Source: a virus. Taken from it: DNA of 64,000 bases. The stretch is taken from the IMG/VR virus record IMGVR_UViG_3300021961_010439, positions 1 to 64,000 of that record. The stretch is one strand, 5' to 3'. Below, in pieces: positions 39,386 through 49,108 of the stretch (the stretch's first letter is position 1; every line of letters begins with the position of its first letter). A program made the translations under genes and the position numbers. Under the pieces are notes generated by a model that was given only the letters and a program-made list of their open reading frames with translations, made no database searches and was not told where the DNA came from.

Positions 39386-40103
39386 AAATATCTAGTTTTG
39401 CTAAAATTTTGGCAATAATAGGATTACGTACAATATCATTATCTGTTAATGTTGAAATACCTATACCTTCTACATTTGCAAGATTATTCATCATCTCATA
39501 AAAACCACCCTGCAAATGTCTAGCAAGATCTGATTGAGAAACATCGCCAGTTAGAACCATTTTACTGTTTTGTCCGATTCTTGTCAATAACATCTTTAAT
39601 TGCTCATATGACGCATTTTGACATTCATCAGCCACAATAAAACTATCATGAAAATTACGCCCTCTCATAAAACCAAGTGGTACGATTTCTATCTTGTTAT
39701 TAAGCTTTAAAGTAGCATTAAGTGCTTGACCAATAAAATAATTAATTTCATCTTCTATGGGCAATAAATATGGAAATAATTTTTCTTCATATTTACCAGG
39801 TAGATAACCTATCTTTTCTCCTGCTTCAACAACAGGTCTGGTGATAACAATTTTTTTAACCCTATCATCTAATAGATACTCTAAAGCAAGTCCAACTGCA
39901 CAGTGTGTTTTACCACTACCAGCAGATCCTTGACAAAAAGTAATAGTATTTTCTACTATTGATCTTATGTATTCTTTTTGATTTTCTGTTCTTGGTTTTA
40001 ACCTATTTCTATAAGATAATCTTGAATTATCAGCATTAAGGGGCACATTTGTGAGGTCAATAATTTTTTCTTTTCTTGCATTAGCATTTTTTTTCTTTCT
40101 CAA
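39366..40103 (-). CDS. phoH: PhoH-family ATPase
   Basis: 'GSAGSGKT', 'ITRPVVEAGEKIGYLPG', 'FMRGRNF', 'DECQN', 'LTRIG', 'VRNP'; TTG start. Confidence 0.93.
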   Translation of the reverse strand: MRKKKNANARKEKIIDLTNVPLNADNSRLSYRNRLKPRTENQKEYIRSIVENTITFCQGSAGSGKTHCAVGLALEYLLDDRVKKIVITRPVVEAGEKIGYLPGKYEEKLFPYLLPIEDEINYFIGQALNATLKLNNKIEIVPLGFMRGRNFHDSFIVADECQNASYEQLKMLLTRIGQNSKMVLTGDVSQSDLARHLQGGFYEMMNNLANVEGIGISTLTDNDIVRNPIIAKILAKLDIYEQGRK

Positions 40104-40163
40104 GTTATGCCCTTTATAATAAGGTAAATACTTTTATCAATGTATTAATATACACCATAATAT

Positions 40164-40529
40164 TTATATTACAAATGGCTTTAAATTAGGAGGTTGCCAG
40201 TTGTCGGGCTTTAGTACTTTACCATCATCTCTCTTTTTAACCTTACCTGTATGTTCATCTATTTTAGCAAAATTAGTTTTCATAACTTCGTTCCATGCAC
40301 TTTCTCCATTGGCTCCCATACTATTTATAGCTCCAACAGTAACAACAATAATATCTATTAGAGCATCCAGTATTTCTACTCTATCATTAGAATCAAATGC
40401 TTCTTGTAGTTCCTGAGTTTCTTCTTTTATTAAATCATGATACATGTTTAGTTGTTTCTCATTCCATTCACAAACACTTTGATCACAAGCAGTCATAAAT
40501 TTGGTTTGATCTTTAAATACGTTTGACAT
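40164..40529 (-). CDS. MazG-like/PRA-PH nucleoside triphosphate pyrophosphohydrolase
   Basis: 'LIKEETQEL...EILDALID', 'TNFAK', 'DGKVLKP'. Confidence 0.85.
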   Translation of the reverse strand: MSNVFKDQTKFMTACDQSVCEWNEKQLNMYHDLIKEETQELQEAFDSNDRVEILDALIDIIVVTVGAINSMGANGESAWNEVMKTNFAKIDEHTGKVKKRDDGKVLKPDNWQPPNLKPFVI

Positions 40530-40543
40530 AATTTTCCTTTTTA

Positions 40544-42196
40544 TTAAGATTCACAATTTGTACAGGATAATATATTTCTAGCTAATTCTTGTGCAGGATT
40601 GGCGCTTCTTTGATAATAGAAAGTTTTGATTCCTAATTGCCATCCTTCTATTAAAAGATCACTAACTTGTTTTGGCGGAATATCTGGACTGATCATTAGA
40701 TTCAAAGATTGTGATTGGTCAATATGTTTTTGTCTTTGCGATGCCTGTATTACAATTTCTTTTTGACTAATCTCTCCGAATGTTTTGAATACTTCTTTCT
40801 CACTATCGGTTAAAAACTTTAAGTGTTGCACAGAGCCGCCTTTAACAAGAATACTCTTCCATGTATTTTCGTCATTTTTATCATACTTCTTGAGTATTTC
40901 TTTTAGATGCGGATTCTTATATGTAAACTTACCCTTCGCCAAGTTTTTAACAAAATAGTTACTATTCAAAGGTTCTATGCTCGGACTAACTTGACCTAGT
41001 ATAAAACTACTACTTGTTGTTGGAGCAACAGCTAATGTTGTTACATTCCTACGACCATAACCTTCTAGTATTGGAGCTTCGCCAAATTTTTCTGATAATT
41101 GTATAGTTGCTATATCTGCTTTTTCTCTAATAGTTTGCCATATATTAGCATTTATTAGTTTAGCTTGCATACTTTCAAAGCTAATCATTTTGCTTTGTAA
41201 GTAAGAATGCCAGCCTAAAACTCCCATACCTAATGCTCTTTGATTTAATGCAAAATTTCTTGCGCCTTTCATAAAGCGTATATTTTCTGTTTTATCAATA
41301 AATTCTTGATTTACGCTGTCTAAAAAGTAAATCATAGTTTCGACAGCATCTGTTTTTTCTATCTCATCCCAATGTAATAGATTTAATGAACTAAGAACAC
41401 AAACAAAACTATTATTCTCATCAGATTGTAAAGTAATTTCTGAACATAGGTTACTAGAATTGACTTTAATATTTTTATCTTGGTATACTTGGGGAGAGTT
41501 CTTATTTACTGTATCAGAGAATAAAAGATATGGATATCCACTCTCGAATCTTTTTTGAATGATCTTTGCCCAAATTTTTCTTTTATTTTTATCCCCTTCT
41601 ATCATACTGTTCATCCAAGAGTCGCTGATAGTAACTCCTATGCTCATATTTTGAATAGGATGACCCTCATTACGAATTTGTAAAAATTCTTCTATATCAG
41701 CATGTTCTACTGGAAGATATGCTGCAAAAGATCCTCTACGAGCAGAACCTTGACTAATTACATCTGCAACCTTATCAAATAATTCCATAAAATGGACTGG
41801 GCCGCTACTTTCTCCGCCTACACTAATGCTAGCCCCTCTTGATCTAAGATCGCCAAAATATCCACTAGTACCTCCTCCTAATTTGCTCATCATACCAACT
41901 TCGGCCACCTTATATAGGATACTATCCATTCTATCGCTAATATGAGAATTAAAGCAACTAACTGGTAATCCTCGGGAGTTGCCGTAATTTGTCCAAACCG
42001 GCGTAGACAATGAGTAATATCCCAAACTCATATAATGCTCAAATTTCTCAGCAAAATTTGGTATATTTAATATCTTTTCTGCATTAATAGCTATATCCCT
42101 TATTCTATCCACAGGATCCTTGTCATTAGGAAGGTATCCTCTTTCTAAGAATAAGCGACTATGAGAATTGAGCCAATAGTAAGGTTTTGGTGTCAT
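40544..42196 (-). CDS. nrdA: Ribonucleotide reductase class I alpha subunit, no ATP cone
   Basis: 'LPVSCF', 'SNLCSE', 'APTTSSS', 'KTFYYQR', C-terminal 'CTNCES'. Confidence 0.95.
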   Translation of the reverse strand: MTPKPYYWLNSHSRLFLERGYLPNDKDPVDRIRDIAINAEKILNIPNFAEKFEHYMSLGYYSLSTPVWTNYGNSRGLPVSCFNSHISDRMDSILYKVAEVGMMSKLGGGTSGYFGDLRSRGASISVGGESSGPVHFMELFDKVADVISQGSARRGSFAAYLPVEHADIEEFLQIRNEGHPIQNMSIGVTISDSWMNSMIEGDKNKRKIWAKIIQKRFESGYPYLLFSDTVNKNSPQVYQDKNIKVNSSNLCSEITLQSDENNSFVCVLSSLNLLHWDEIEKTDAVETMIYFLDSVNQEFIDKTENIRFMKGARNFALNQRALGMGVLGWHSYLQSKMISFESMQAKLINANIWQTIREKADIATIQLSEKFGEAPILEGYGRRNVTTLAVAPTTSSSFILGQVSPSIEPLNSNYFVKNLAKGKFTYKNPHLKEILKKYDKNDENTWKSILVKGGSVQHLKFLTDSEKEVFKTFGEISQKEIVIQASQRQKHIDQSQSLNLMISPDIPPKQVSDLLIEGWQLGIKTFYYQRSANPAQELARNILSCTNCES

Positions 42197-42206
42197 TTAA
42201 AGTCCT

Positions 42207-42215
42207 ATAATACCA
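42207..42215 (-). promoter_or_regulatory. Possible extended -10 element upstream of nrdA
   Basis: Minus strand TGG-TATTAT in a short intergenic gap; no clear -35. Confidence 0.3.
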
Positions 42216-42225
42216 CAGAGTTTAA

Positions 42226-43197
42226 TTAAAATAAGGTCTCTATATCGAACGACAGAGCCTTCTTGGAATATTCCACAGGTCTGGAATGAAAGAAATCAGT
42301 CATGTTGTTTCCTAAGATTTGCTCATCAAACCAAGATGTTTGAGACAGCAAATTATCGTCGATTTCAAAAACAGAAGAATATCCTATCTGGTTCAGAGAA
42401 TCATTTAGCCTATATTTAATAAATTCTTTAAGTAACGGAGCGTTAAGGTGTTTATCTTCGTATCCGTTAACTATCCAATCAATAATTTCACATTCATACT
42501 TTACAGCTTCTTTGGACTCGTAAAGAATTTTATCTTCTAGTTCTTTGTCAAATAATTCAGGATATTCTTGTTTTATCGTATTAATAATTTTTATACCTAT
42601 CATAGCATGAAGATTTTCTTCTCTACTAGTATATTCTACTTGTTTGTTAGTGTCCTTTAGCAGGTTCAAAAAACGCCCAAAATAACTAATAGTATAGAAC
42701 TGAGAAAATAATGCTATATTCTCTACAAACAAAGTAAATAAAATTAGTGAGTATATAAATTGCTTCTTATTATTATCATGAAATTTATGAAGATGCTTAC
42801 GTAAATAATTTACGCGACCTTTAATAATATCTAGCTCAAGAATTTTTTCAAAGTTATCATCAATACCTAGTATCTCTAATAGTCTTTCGTATGCATCACC
42901 ATGAATAACTTCAACATGAGCCATAGTATATCCTAGATCATTCAACGATGGATGGGGTAGATTATCTCCTAACTTGGCCCAAAACTTTTTAACACTTATT
43001 TCTAATTGACCTATGGTTGACAATGCGCGAACTATAATTTGTTTTTGTTGTTCTGTTAGATTAACTCTAAAATCTTGTACGTCACTACTAAAAGTAAATT
43101 CTCTATGTGTCCAAAATCCATTGTGCATAGCCTCAATAAAATCTTGTGTCCATGGATAATTGTCTGGTTTGCGAGATACTTGTTCGTTAAAAATCAT
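42226..43197 (-). CDS. nrdB: Ribonucleotide reductase class I beta subunit (class Id-like)
   Basis: Ligand motifs 'QLEISVK', 'EVIHGDAY', 'VENIALF', 'REENLH'; C-terminal 'DFFHSRPVEY'. Confidence 0.93.
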   Translation of the reverse strand: MIFNEQVSRKPDNYPWTQDFIEAMHNGFWTHREFTFSSDVQDFRVNLTEQQKQIIVRALSTIGQLEISVKKFWAKLGDNLPHPSLNDLGYTMAHVEVIHGDAYERLLEILGIDDNFEKILELDIIKGRVNYLRKHLHKFHDNNKKQFIYSLILFTLFVENIALFSQFYTISYFGRFLNLLKDTNKQVEYTSREENLHAMIGIKIINTIKQEYPELFDKELEDKILYESKEAVKYECEIIDWIVNGYEDKHLNAPLLKEFIKYRLNDSLNQIGYSSVFEIDDNLLSQTSWFDEQILGNNMTDFFHSRPVEYSKKALSFDIETLF

Positions 43198-43210
43198 TAT
43201 AGTGACTCCG

Positions 43211-43348
43211 TTATTTTTTATTTAGAATGGCTAATAAACCTAAAAATACAACTCCAACAAATTCATTACCGATACTATTAAAATTATCTCTTGTAAAGTA
43301 GTTGAAGTAATAATTACCTATCATTACATAGAAAAGGATACTTGTCAT
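43211..43348 (-). CDS. 45-aa hydrophobic small protein, absent from the ORF track
   Basis: MTSILFYVMIGNYYFNYFTRDNFNSIGNEFVGVVFLGLLAILNKK; ATGA overlap with the deaminase stop and fills the gap to nrdB. Confidence 0.55.
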   Translation of the reverse strand: MTSILFYVMIGNYYFNYFTRDNFNSIGNEFVGVVFLGLLAILNKK

Positions 43349-43812
43349 AGTACACCAATCATATCCTTTAACCAATCAAGATTTGGTTGTATATAAAATA
43401 TTTTCATACCACTCATTCTAATAAAATTATCAAACAATGATTTAGCTTGTGTATCAAATAATACTGTGCCGTGAGTATCTGTCATATAGACCGTATTGAC
43501 ACCTTCTTGCCATAGTGCCATAATACAATCGTTACAGCACTGACCAGTAACATATGCTATTCCGTTATCTGGTCTAACAACACAATTTGCTAGAGCATTA
43601 CGTTCAGCATGAATCATCCATTGATATTTATCAGGTCTATTGGTGGGTAATTGAGTATCGTCCAAACCTCTAGGAAACCCATTATAACCAACTCCCAATA
43701 TTCTATTATTGGAATCGGTAATAACGCACCCATGCTGAGTATGTATATCGTGGCTACGTTGCGAAGCAACCTTAGCCAGTCCTAGAAAATAGTTGTGCCA
43801 CGTTGGTCTCAT
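43345..43812 (-). CDS. dCMP deaminase
   Basis: 'RSHD', 'GYNGFPRG', 'HAERNAL', 'CCNDC' Zn ligands. Confidence 0.9.
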   Translation of the reverse strand: MRPTWHNYFLGLAKVASQRSHDIHTQHGCVITDSNNRILGVGYNGFPRGLDDTQLPTNRPDKYQWMIHAERNALANCVVRPDNGIAYVTGQCCNDCIMALWQEGVNTVYMTDTHGTVLFDTQAKSLFDNFIRMSGMKIFYIQPNLDWLKDMIGVL

Positions 43813-43819
43813 ATCCTAT

Positions 43820-43847
43820 ATGATACCATGATCAAAGCCAAAGTCAA
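43820..43847 (-). promoter_or_regulatory. Sigma70-like promoter for the dCMP deaminase/nrdBA genes
   Basis: TTGACT-16 nt-TATCAT with a TG extension, 7 nt upstream of the ATG. Confidence 0.55.
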
Positions 43848-43849
43848 TG

Positions 43850-45163
43850 TCATGCGAATACAAAAGTTTTTTTATCGAGCAGTAAATCTCTATTATTAAC
43901 TTTTATATACGAATTAGTTAAATCGTTTTTATTTTTAATGTCTATAGTAAAGGGAGGTACTTCGTAAATGCCTTCAGAACGAGAACTTATCCATTGATTT
44001 ATTTGAGAAATAAACTGTTGTCTGTTTTGATTAAAGTTATCTATTAAATCCGAATAATTTATAGATATGTTAATATCGTGAGTGTGAATAAAATTAGATT
44101 GATACTGTATATGATTATCTATTGTAGAGTTATTGAATAGATATTTGACTTTATTCCAATGATCTGTTGAATAATCCCATCTAAGATTTGTATAATACTG
44201 ATATTCAAATAAAATTCTTCTATTTAATTCTGTAGCAACACTTTCATCATTTAGATATAGTGTTTTACAGTAAACTTCTAAAAATTGTAATACATTAAAA
44301 TCTACAAATTGATCAATATTTAAATATATACCAATATCAAAAATAGGTTTAGCATCATGTCCAAAAAATCCCCACTTTCGAGTAAATCTTTTTAATTCTT
44401 GATAATCAGCATATTGTTGTAAAATATTTTTTTGTTGTATTTTTTTATCTGATTCAGCTTTGAACCAATCTTTTCCACGAGAAGAAACACAAGTAAAATG
44501 GTAAACACTAGCATCCCATGTTTGTACTAATTTTAAACCAGCTAATTTCATTCTAATAATCATATCAGAATCTTCTCTAGAACATCTAAATTGTGTATCA
44601 AAACCACCTAAAGTTTCAAGCCATACATTCTTATATAATGCAAATGGCGCAAAATGTCCTTCTGTATTTTGTTTGTTTGATTTTTGTAATTGAGTAGCAA
44701 ATTCTTGAAATTCATCATATTTAAAGATCTCGGGACTAGTTCCAAAGTCTTGAATAATTTTTTCTGGCGATGCTGGATGTAGCGGAGGCTCTATGCGTGT
44801 ACACGTTAAGACTATAGATTCATTGTGTAGATTTTTACTAATATGTTTATCAAAATCCCTACATGCTACCATATCTGATTGTAAATAACATACAATATCG
44901 TTAGATGCCGCATCAAACATTAATGATATGTTTCTTTGTCCCCCTATTTGGGTTGGTAAAGTATTTCTATATATTTTTAAATTTGGGACAGTTTTTTGAA
45001 ATTCTACTATTGCTTCATACGAGTGTTGATTATCACTATCTATAAATATTAGTATTTCATGTTTATCAATTTGTGTATTTTCTTTTAATGATTTCAATAG
45101 TAATAATACATATTCTTTTTCGTTTTTGGCTGTTGGTATACAAAATGTTATTGGTTTTATCAT
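43850..45163 (-). CDS. GT2 glycosyltransferase with C-terminal extension
   Basis: 'ITFCIPT', 'ILIFIDSD', 'YLQSDM', 'GGFDTQF..SREDSD', 'VYHF'. Confidence 0.85.
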   Translation of the reverse strand: MIKPITFCIPTAKNEKEYVLLLLKSLKENTQIDKHEILIFIDSDNQHSYEAIVEFQKTVPNLKIYRNTLPTQIGGQRNISLMFDAASNDIVCYLQSDMVACRDFDKHISKNLHNESIVLTCTRIEPPLHPASPEKIIQDFGTSPEIFKYDEFQEFATQLQKSNKQNTEGHFAPFALYKNVWLETLGGFDTQFRCSREDSDMIIRMKLAGLKLVQTWDASVYHFTCVSSRGKDWFKAESDKKIQQKNILQQYADYQELKRFTRKWGFFGHDAKPIFDIGIYLNIDQFVDFNVLQFLEVYCKTLYLNDESVATELNRRILFEYQYYTNLRWDYSTDHWNKVKYLFNNSTIDNHIQYQSNFIHTHDINISINYSDLIDNFNQNRQQFISQINQWISSRSEGIYEVPPFTIDIKNKNDLTNSYIKVNNRDLLLDKKTFVFA

Positions 45164-45993
45164 ATTTTTCCTTTATTTTTATATGTATTATACATCAACT
45201 TTATACTATTTTCAAGACCAAGGTACTGAATATGTGTTTCAACATATTGCCCAATATAATCTTTATCTAAAATACTAGATGGATATTCATATTTTATATT
45301 AACTTTATGAGTATCAAGGTTATTTATTATCTGAGCAATATCAGATAGTTTTACCTTTTGCTTATAGCAACAATCAAAAAGCTTTGGTATATTATTTGAA
45401 TCAAGAAAAAAATGTATCAATTGCGCCAAATCACCAACGAAGAAAAAATCCATTTTTCTATCTTTATGAATTATAATGTCTTCATTATTAATATATTTGA
45501 TAATATTACCTCTAATCATCCTATCGGGCTCTTCGTCTAGGCCAAAACAATTGTAAATTCTAAAATTACATAATTTTGGTTCATCAGCAGAGATTTTATC
45601 TATAATGCTTTTTGATAATCCATATGGATCAATAGGATATCTATTAATAGCCTGTGGATTAATATCATATCTTCTATCTAATTCTGCTCCGGACCCGAAA
45701 GATATAATGCATTGGTAGTAATTTTGATTACGTAATAAATTATATAACATTAAGATATTATTATATACTATATCATTGGTATCATGAATATTTCTTCGAC
45801 CACCCTGAATAGCTGTATGAATAACAAGGTCAAAAAATACTTTTTTATTAGCAAAGTAATTATTAACAGAATCGCTATCTAATAGATTAATGTCGTCTCT
45901 TGTTAATGTGTATATATTATACTTATAAGATCTTAATATTTTACAAAGATTTCTTCCTATAAATCCATCTGAACCAGTAATTAGAATATTCAT
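45160..45993 (-). CDS. NAD-dependent epimerase/reductase (extended SDR)
   Basis: 'ITGSDGFIG', 'FGSGAE', 'YGLSK'. Confidence 0.88.
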   Translation of the reverse strand: MNILITGSDGFIGRNLCKILRSYKYNIYTLTRDDINLLDSDSVNNYFANKKVFFDLVIHTAIQGGRRNIHDTNDIVYNNILMLYNLLRNQNYYQCIISFGSGAELDRRYDINPQAINRYPIDPYGLSKSIIDKISADEPKLCNFRIYNCFGLDEEPDRMIRGNIIKYINNEDIIIHKDRKMDFFFVGDLAQLIHFFLDSNNIPKLFDCCYKQKVKLSDIAQIINNLDTHKVNIKYEYPSSILDKDYIGQYVETHIQYLGLENSIKLMYNTYKNKGKI

Positions 45994-45996
45994 GTA

Positions 45997-46563
45997 TCAC
46001 CTAGAAGCATATACAAGATTACATATATTATATACTCTAGGATAAAATGTACAAACAGTATTTATCTTAAAATCTAGCTTATCAAGCTTTTTAATTATAT
46101 GATTCAACAAATCTTTATTATGGGTCTCTATTGCAACATGTTTTAATGTTGGAAAACTACTATCTGAATTAATAAAATGAATTTCTTCACCTTCTATATC
46201 CATTTTTAATGAAGTTATATTATAAGAATCGATATAGTGATTTACTTTATTTGAAGAGTCTATAGCATCGTGATAAAAGCTATGTAATGGAAATAGTTTT
46301 TTAAACGTTGCGATGTCGTTATATTCAGTATCAACACCAATAATTTTAGCGGCTTGTTTTTTGATAAAATATTTAGGAGTAGAATCCCATCCAGGTTCAA
46401 TCATATGAAATCCACAGCCCAAATCCAAGACTATTTCGTCTTTAACTGGTAATAGATTCCAGTGATGATCTGGGTGTTCTGATTCTATATGAGCATGTTT
46501 TATGTTTGGAAATTGTAAAAATATTTCCGGATATAAAAAATTTTCTAGTACTTTATTTGACAT
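45997..46563 (-). CDS. FkbM-like SAM methyltransferase
   Basis: 'VLDLGCG', 'LKMDIEGEE', 'AIETH'. Confidence 0.7.
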   Translation of the reverse strand: MSNKVLENFLYPEIFLQFPNIKHAHIESEHPDHHWNLLPVKDEIVLDLGCGFHMIEPGWDSTPKYFIKKQAAKIIGVDTEYNDIATFKKLFPLHSFYHDAIDSSNKVNHYIDSYNITSLKMDIEGEEIHFINSDSSFPTLKHVAIETHNKDLLNHIIKKLDKLDFKINTVCTFYPRVYNICNLVYASR

Positions 46564-46565
46564 AA

Positions 46566-47321
46566 TTATTTTTTCCTAAAAACTGCTAGATAGTTAACAT
46601 TATTTTTGTCTAATACCATTTCTATTAATTCAAAATTATTTTGTAAATCTTCATTTTGTCGATCATGTAAAAAGTGAGATTTAATAATGCCATTATGTTC
46701 TGACATCAGTAGATCTTCTGTTAGTAGTGAATTATCATATTTAAATTTACCTCTAGTATATCTAGGATTTTGTAAATCTTCCATAAAATAATATCCACCA
46801 GATCTTATCATGTCTCTAGATTGCCATAAGCTTACTATCATATGATTAGGCCAATGACTACCATCTTCTACAAAAAAATCAAAATCTTTTGGACATTCGT
46901 TTTTAAGTTCATTCCAATCACAAAAATTTCCCTGATCGGCATAAACAAAATTTACTCCCCAACTATTTATCATTTCTATTTCATTAATTCTATCTTTCAG
47001 ATATGTGCCCCAAAAATTATCTACTCCATATAAATCTATATTTTTAAAGTATGATAACCACAATTTAGGAGAAGCATATGGAAACCTTTTATCACAAATA
47101 CCTATTTCAAAAAGCTTAATAGATTTTTCTCTATATTCGTGCATATATTTTTCATATGTTTTGGTATATCCCATACACACATGTTCTGGCCAATCCTTAC
47201 CCCAAGACAATAAATTTTTATCAGCATCTCCCTTGTCTGTTTCTAATAAATTGGCTATTTCTGTTAGACATTTAGTATTATCATAAAAATTATTATTTGA
47301 TGTTTTGGGAAATAGTTTCAT
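46566..47321 (-). CDS. Class I SAM methyltransferase (MycE-like sugar O-methyltransferase)
   Basis: 'TDKG', 'LFEIGI', 'ADQG', 'EDGSH', 'GGYYFMEDL'. Confidence 0.7.
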   Translation of the reverse strand: MKLFPKTSNNNFYDNTKCLTEIANLLETDKGDADKNLLSWGKDWPEHVCMGYTKTYEKYMHEYREKSIKLFEIGICDKRFPYASPKLWLSYFKNIDLYGVDNFWGTYLKDRINEIEMINSWGVNFVYADQGNFCDWNELKNECPKDFDFFVEDGSHWPNHMIVSLWQSRDMIRSGGYYFMEDLQNPRYTRGKFKYDNSLLTEDLLMSEHNGIIKSHFLHDRQNEDLQNNFELIEMVLDKNNVNYLAVFRKK

Positions 47322-47329
47322 AAAAGTCC

Positions 47330-49108
47330 TTAAATATTTAGGTCTATTGGAGAAATTAATAAATTAGCTAAAAATTCTTCTCTGTCTAAAAATGGAGCAA
47401 GATCTTCCATGGGTCTTGTTTCAAAACTACCATCAGCTTTTTTATATACCGAGGCTTTTGGCATAGTTTTATGATTTTGGTCCACTAATAATTCACATAT
47501 AATTGGTCCTTCTGTATTTAAAACATTTTCCAGTTCTTCTGCGAGATTAGCTTGATTCTTAATCAAAACATATGGTATATTATATGCAAATGCATTTTTT
47601 TCTATAGAAGGTAGTGTCAATCCGCTTGCTGGATCGCTTGCTATTACTCTTCCTCCAAAATGAGTATTTTGTGTTGTTCTAATAGATCCGTATCCATTAT
47701 TGTTAAGAACAAAAAATTTGATAGGTAAATTATATCTATGTACTAATTCAAGTTCTTGAATATTCATAAAAAATCCACCATCACCATCAATAGAAATGGT
47801 AGTTTTTTTATTATTAGCTAAACATCCACCAATAGCTGCTGGTATTCCAAATCCCATAGATCCTAAACCTTCGCTATTATATATTCTAGTTTTATTTTTA
47901 ACCCTAAAAGCCTGCATTGTAACTTCACTACAAGCACCAGAACTACCAGGAACTAATAATGATTCTTCTGGTAATAGATCGGATAGATAATGAATAAATG
48001 CATAATTATTAACTCTTGGAAAAGATGGGTCCAAATATTCTGGTAATATTACTGGATATTTATTATATAGATTTTTACAAAATAATAGCCACTCATCTAT
48101 TTCTAGTTTGTTAATTAAATCATTTATGGATGAGAAAAAAACTTTAGCATCCATTGGTACTGGATATTCAATTTCGCAGGTTAGTTTATTTATCTCATTT
48201 GGATCGACATCTACTATACATTTCTTCGCCTCTCTTGCAAAATACTTATGCTGATATGCTAACTGACCATGGTCTAATCTAGCTCCAACACAAATAATAA
48301 AATCAGAATTTTGTTGATTAAAATTAGCTCCTCTTTGACCGACTCCTCCAGGTCTGCCAACAAATTGAGGATGATCATCAGCGAGTAAATCCATCATTTT
48401 CCATGATGTCAAGACTGGTATGTTTGTTTTTTGAATAAATTCCAAACATGATGGTATACTATCGGATAATCTAACTCCATTTCCAACTAGCAGTATTGGA
48501 CGTTTAGCTTTTGTAAGATCTTCTTTTATCTTTGATATAATACTAGTATCATAATTAAGTTTTGGTGGATTGAATCCTAACAGACTATCAACATCAATTT
48601 CTGTTGATTGTATATCCAAAGGGATATCTAATAATACAGGTCCGGGGCGTTCGTGAGTTGCCAACCATATAGCTTTTTCTAAATGATACCTTATATCTTT
48701 GGCATAATCAACCGTTATAGCATATTTAGTTATTGATTTATATATCTTAACAGTATCTATTTCTTGAAATCCTAACTGTCTAATGCCAAGATTTTTGGCC
48801 CTATCTTTATTTTGTACTTGTCCAGATATAATTAAAACAGGTATAGAGTCTAGCCAAGCAGATGCTATTCCTGTAACAGCGTTTGTTGCTCCGGGTCCAG
48901 TAGTTACTAATAGTGCAGAAAGAGAATTGGATTTTTGAGCATATGATTCTGCTGCTATAGACGCAGACTGTTCGTGTAAAACTGGTATTAATTCAATTTT
49001 TGATTTGCTAAAAGAGTCTACTAAATGTATACATCCACCGCCGGGCAAAAGAAATAGATGTTTTATATAACCCTCCAACACCTGAACTATATAGTCTGAT
49101 AATTTCAT
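47330..49108 (-). CDS. ThDP-dependent carboligase, YerE-like (acetolactate synthase superfamily)
   Basis: 'HEQSA', 'TTGPGATN', 'DGDGGFFMNIQEL...NNNGY'; C-terminal 'PMEDLAPFLDREE'; sugar-cluster context. Start at 49108 or 49114. Confidence 0.8.
   Translation of the reverse strand: MKLSDYIVQVLEGYIKHLFLLPGGGCIHLVDSFSKSKIELIPVLHEQSASIAAESYAQKSNSLSALLVTTGPGATNAVTGIASAWLDSIPVLIISGQVQNKDRAKNLGIRQLGFQEIDTVKIYKSITKYAITVDYAKDIRYHLEKAIWLATHERPGPVLLDIPLDIQSTEIDVDSLLGFNPPKLNYDTSIISKIKEDLTKAKRPILLVGNGVRLSDSIPSCLEFIQKTNIPVLTSWKMMDLLADDHPQFVGRPGGVGQRGANFNQQNSDFIICVGARLDHGQLAYQHKYFAREAKKCIVDVDPNEINKLTCEIEYPVPMDAKVFFSSINDLINKLEIDEWLLFCKNLYNKYPVILPEYLDPSFPRVNNYAFIHYLSDLLPEESLLVPGSSGACSEVTMQAFRVKNKTRIYNSEGLGSMGFGIPAAIGGCLANNKKTTISIDGDGGFFMNIQELELVHRYNLPIKFFVLNNNGYGSIRTTQNTHFGGRVIASDPASGLTLPSIEKNAFAYNIPYVLIKNQANLAEELENVLNTEGPIICELLVDQNHKTMPKASVYKKADGSFETRPMEDLAPFLDREEFLANLLISPIDLNI

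Noticed and set aside
40104-40163. GGTGTATATTAATA and TTGATA..TATAAA elements upstream of phoH as a phage-specific promoter
   Set aside because: I found no convincing second intergenic copy in this window, and AT-rich sequence gives chance matches; genome-wide motif discovery would be needed.
34718-43197. Inteins or introns in dnaB, recA, nrdA or nrdB; HNH as an intron-encoded ORF
   Set aside because: Protein lengths and motif spacing are uninterrupted, and the HNH gene is free-standing.
47330-49108. Acetolactate synthase as an amino-acid biosynthesis auxiliary gene
   Set aside because: No ilv genes or regulatory subunit nearby; the sugar-cluster context and C-terminal motif favour a YerE-like role.
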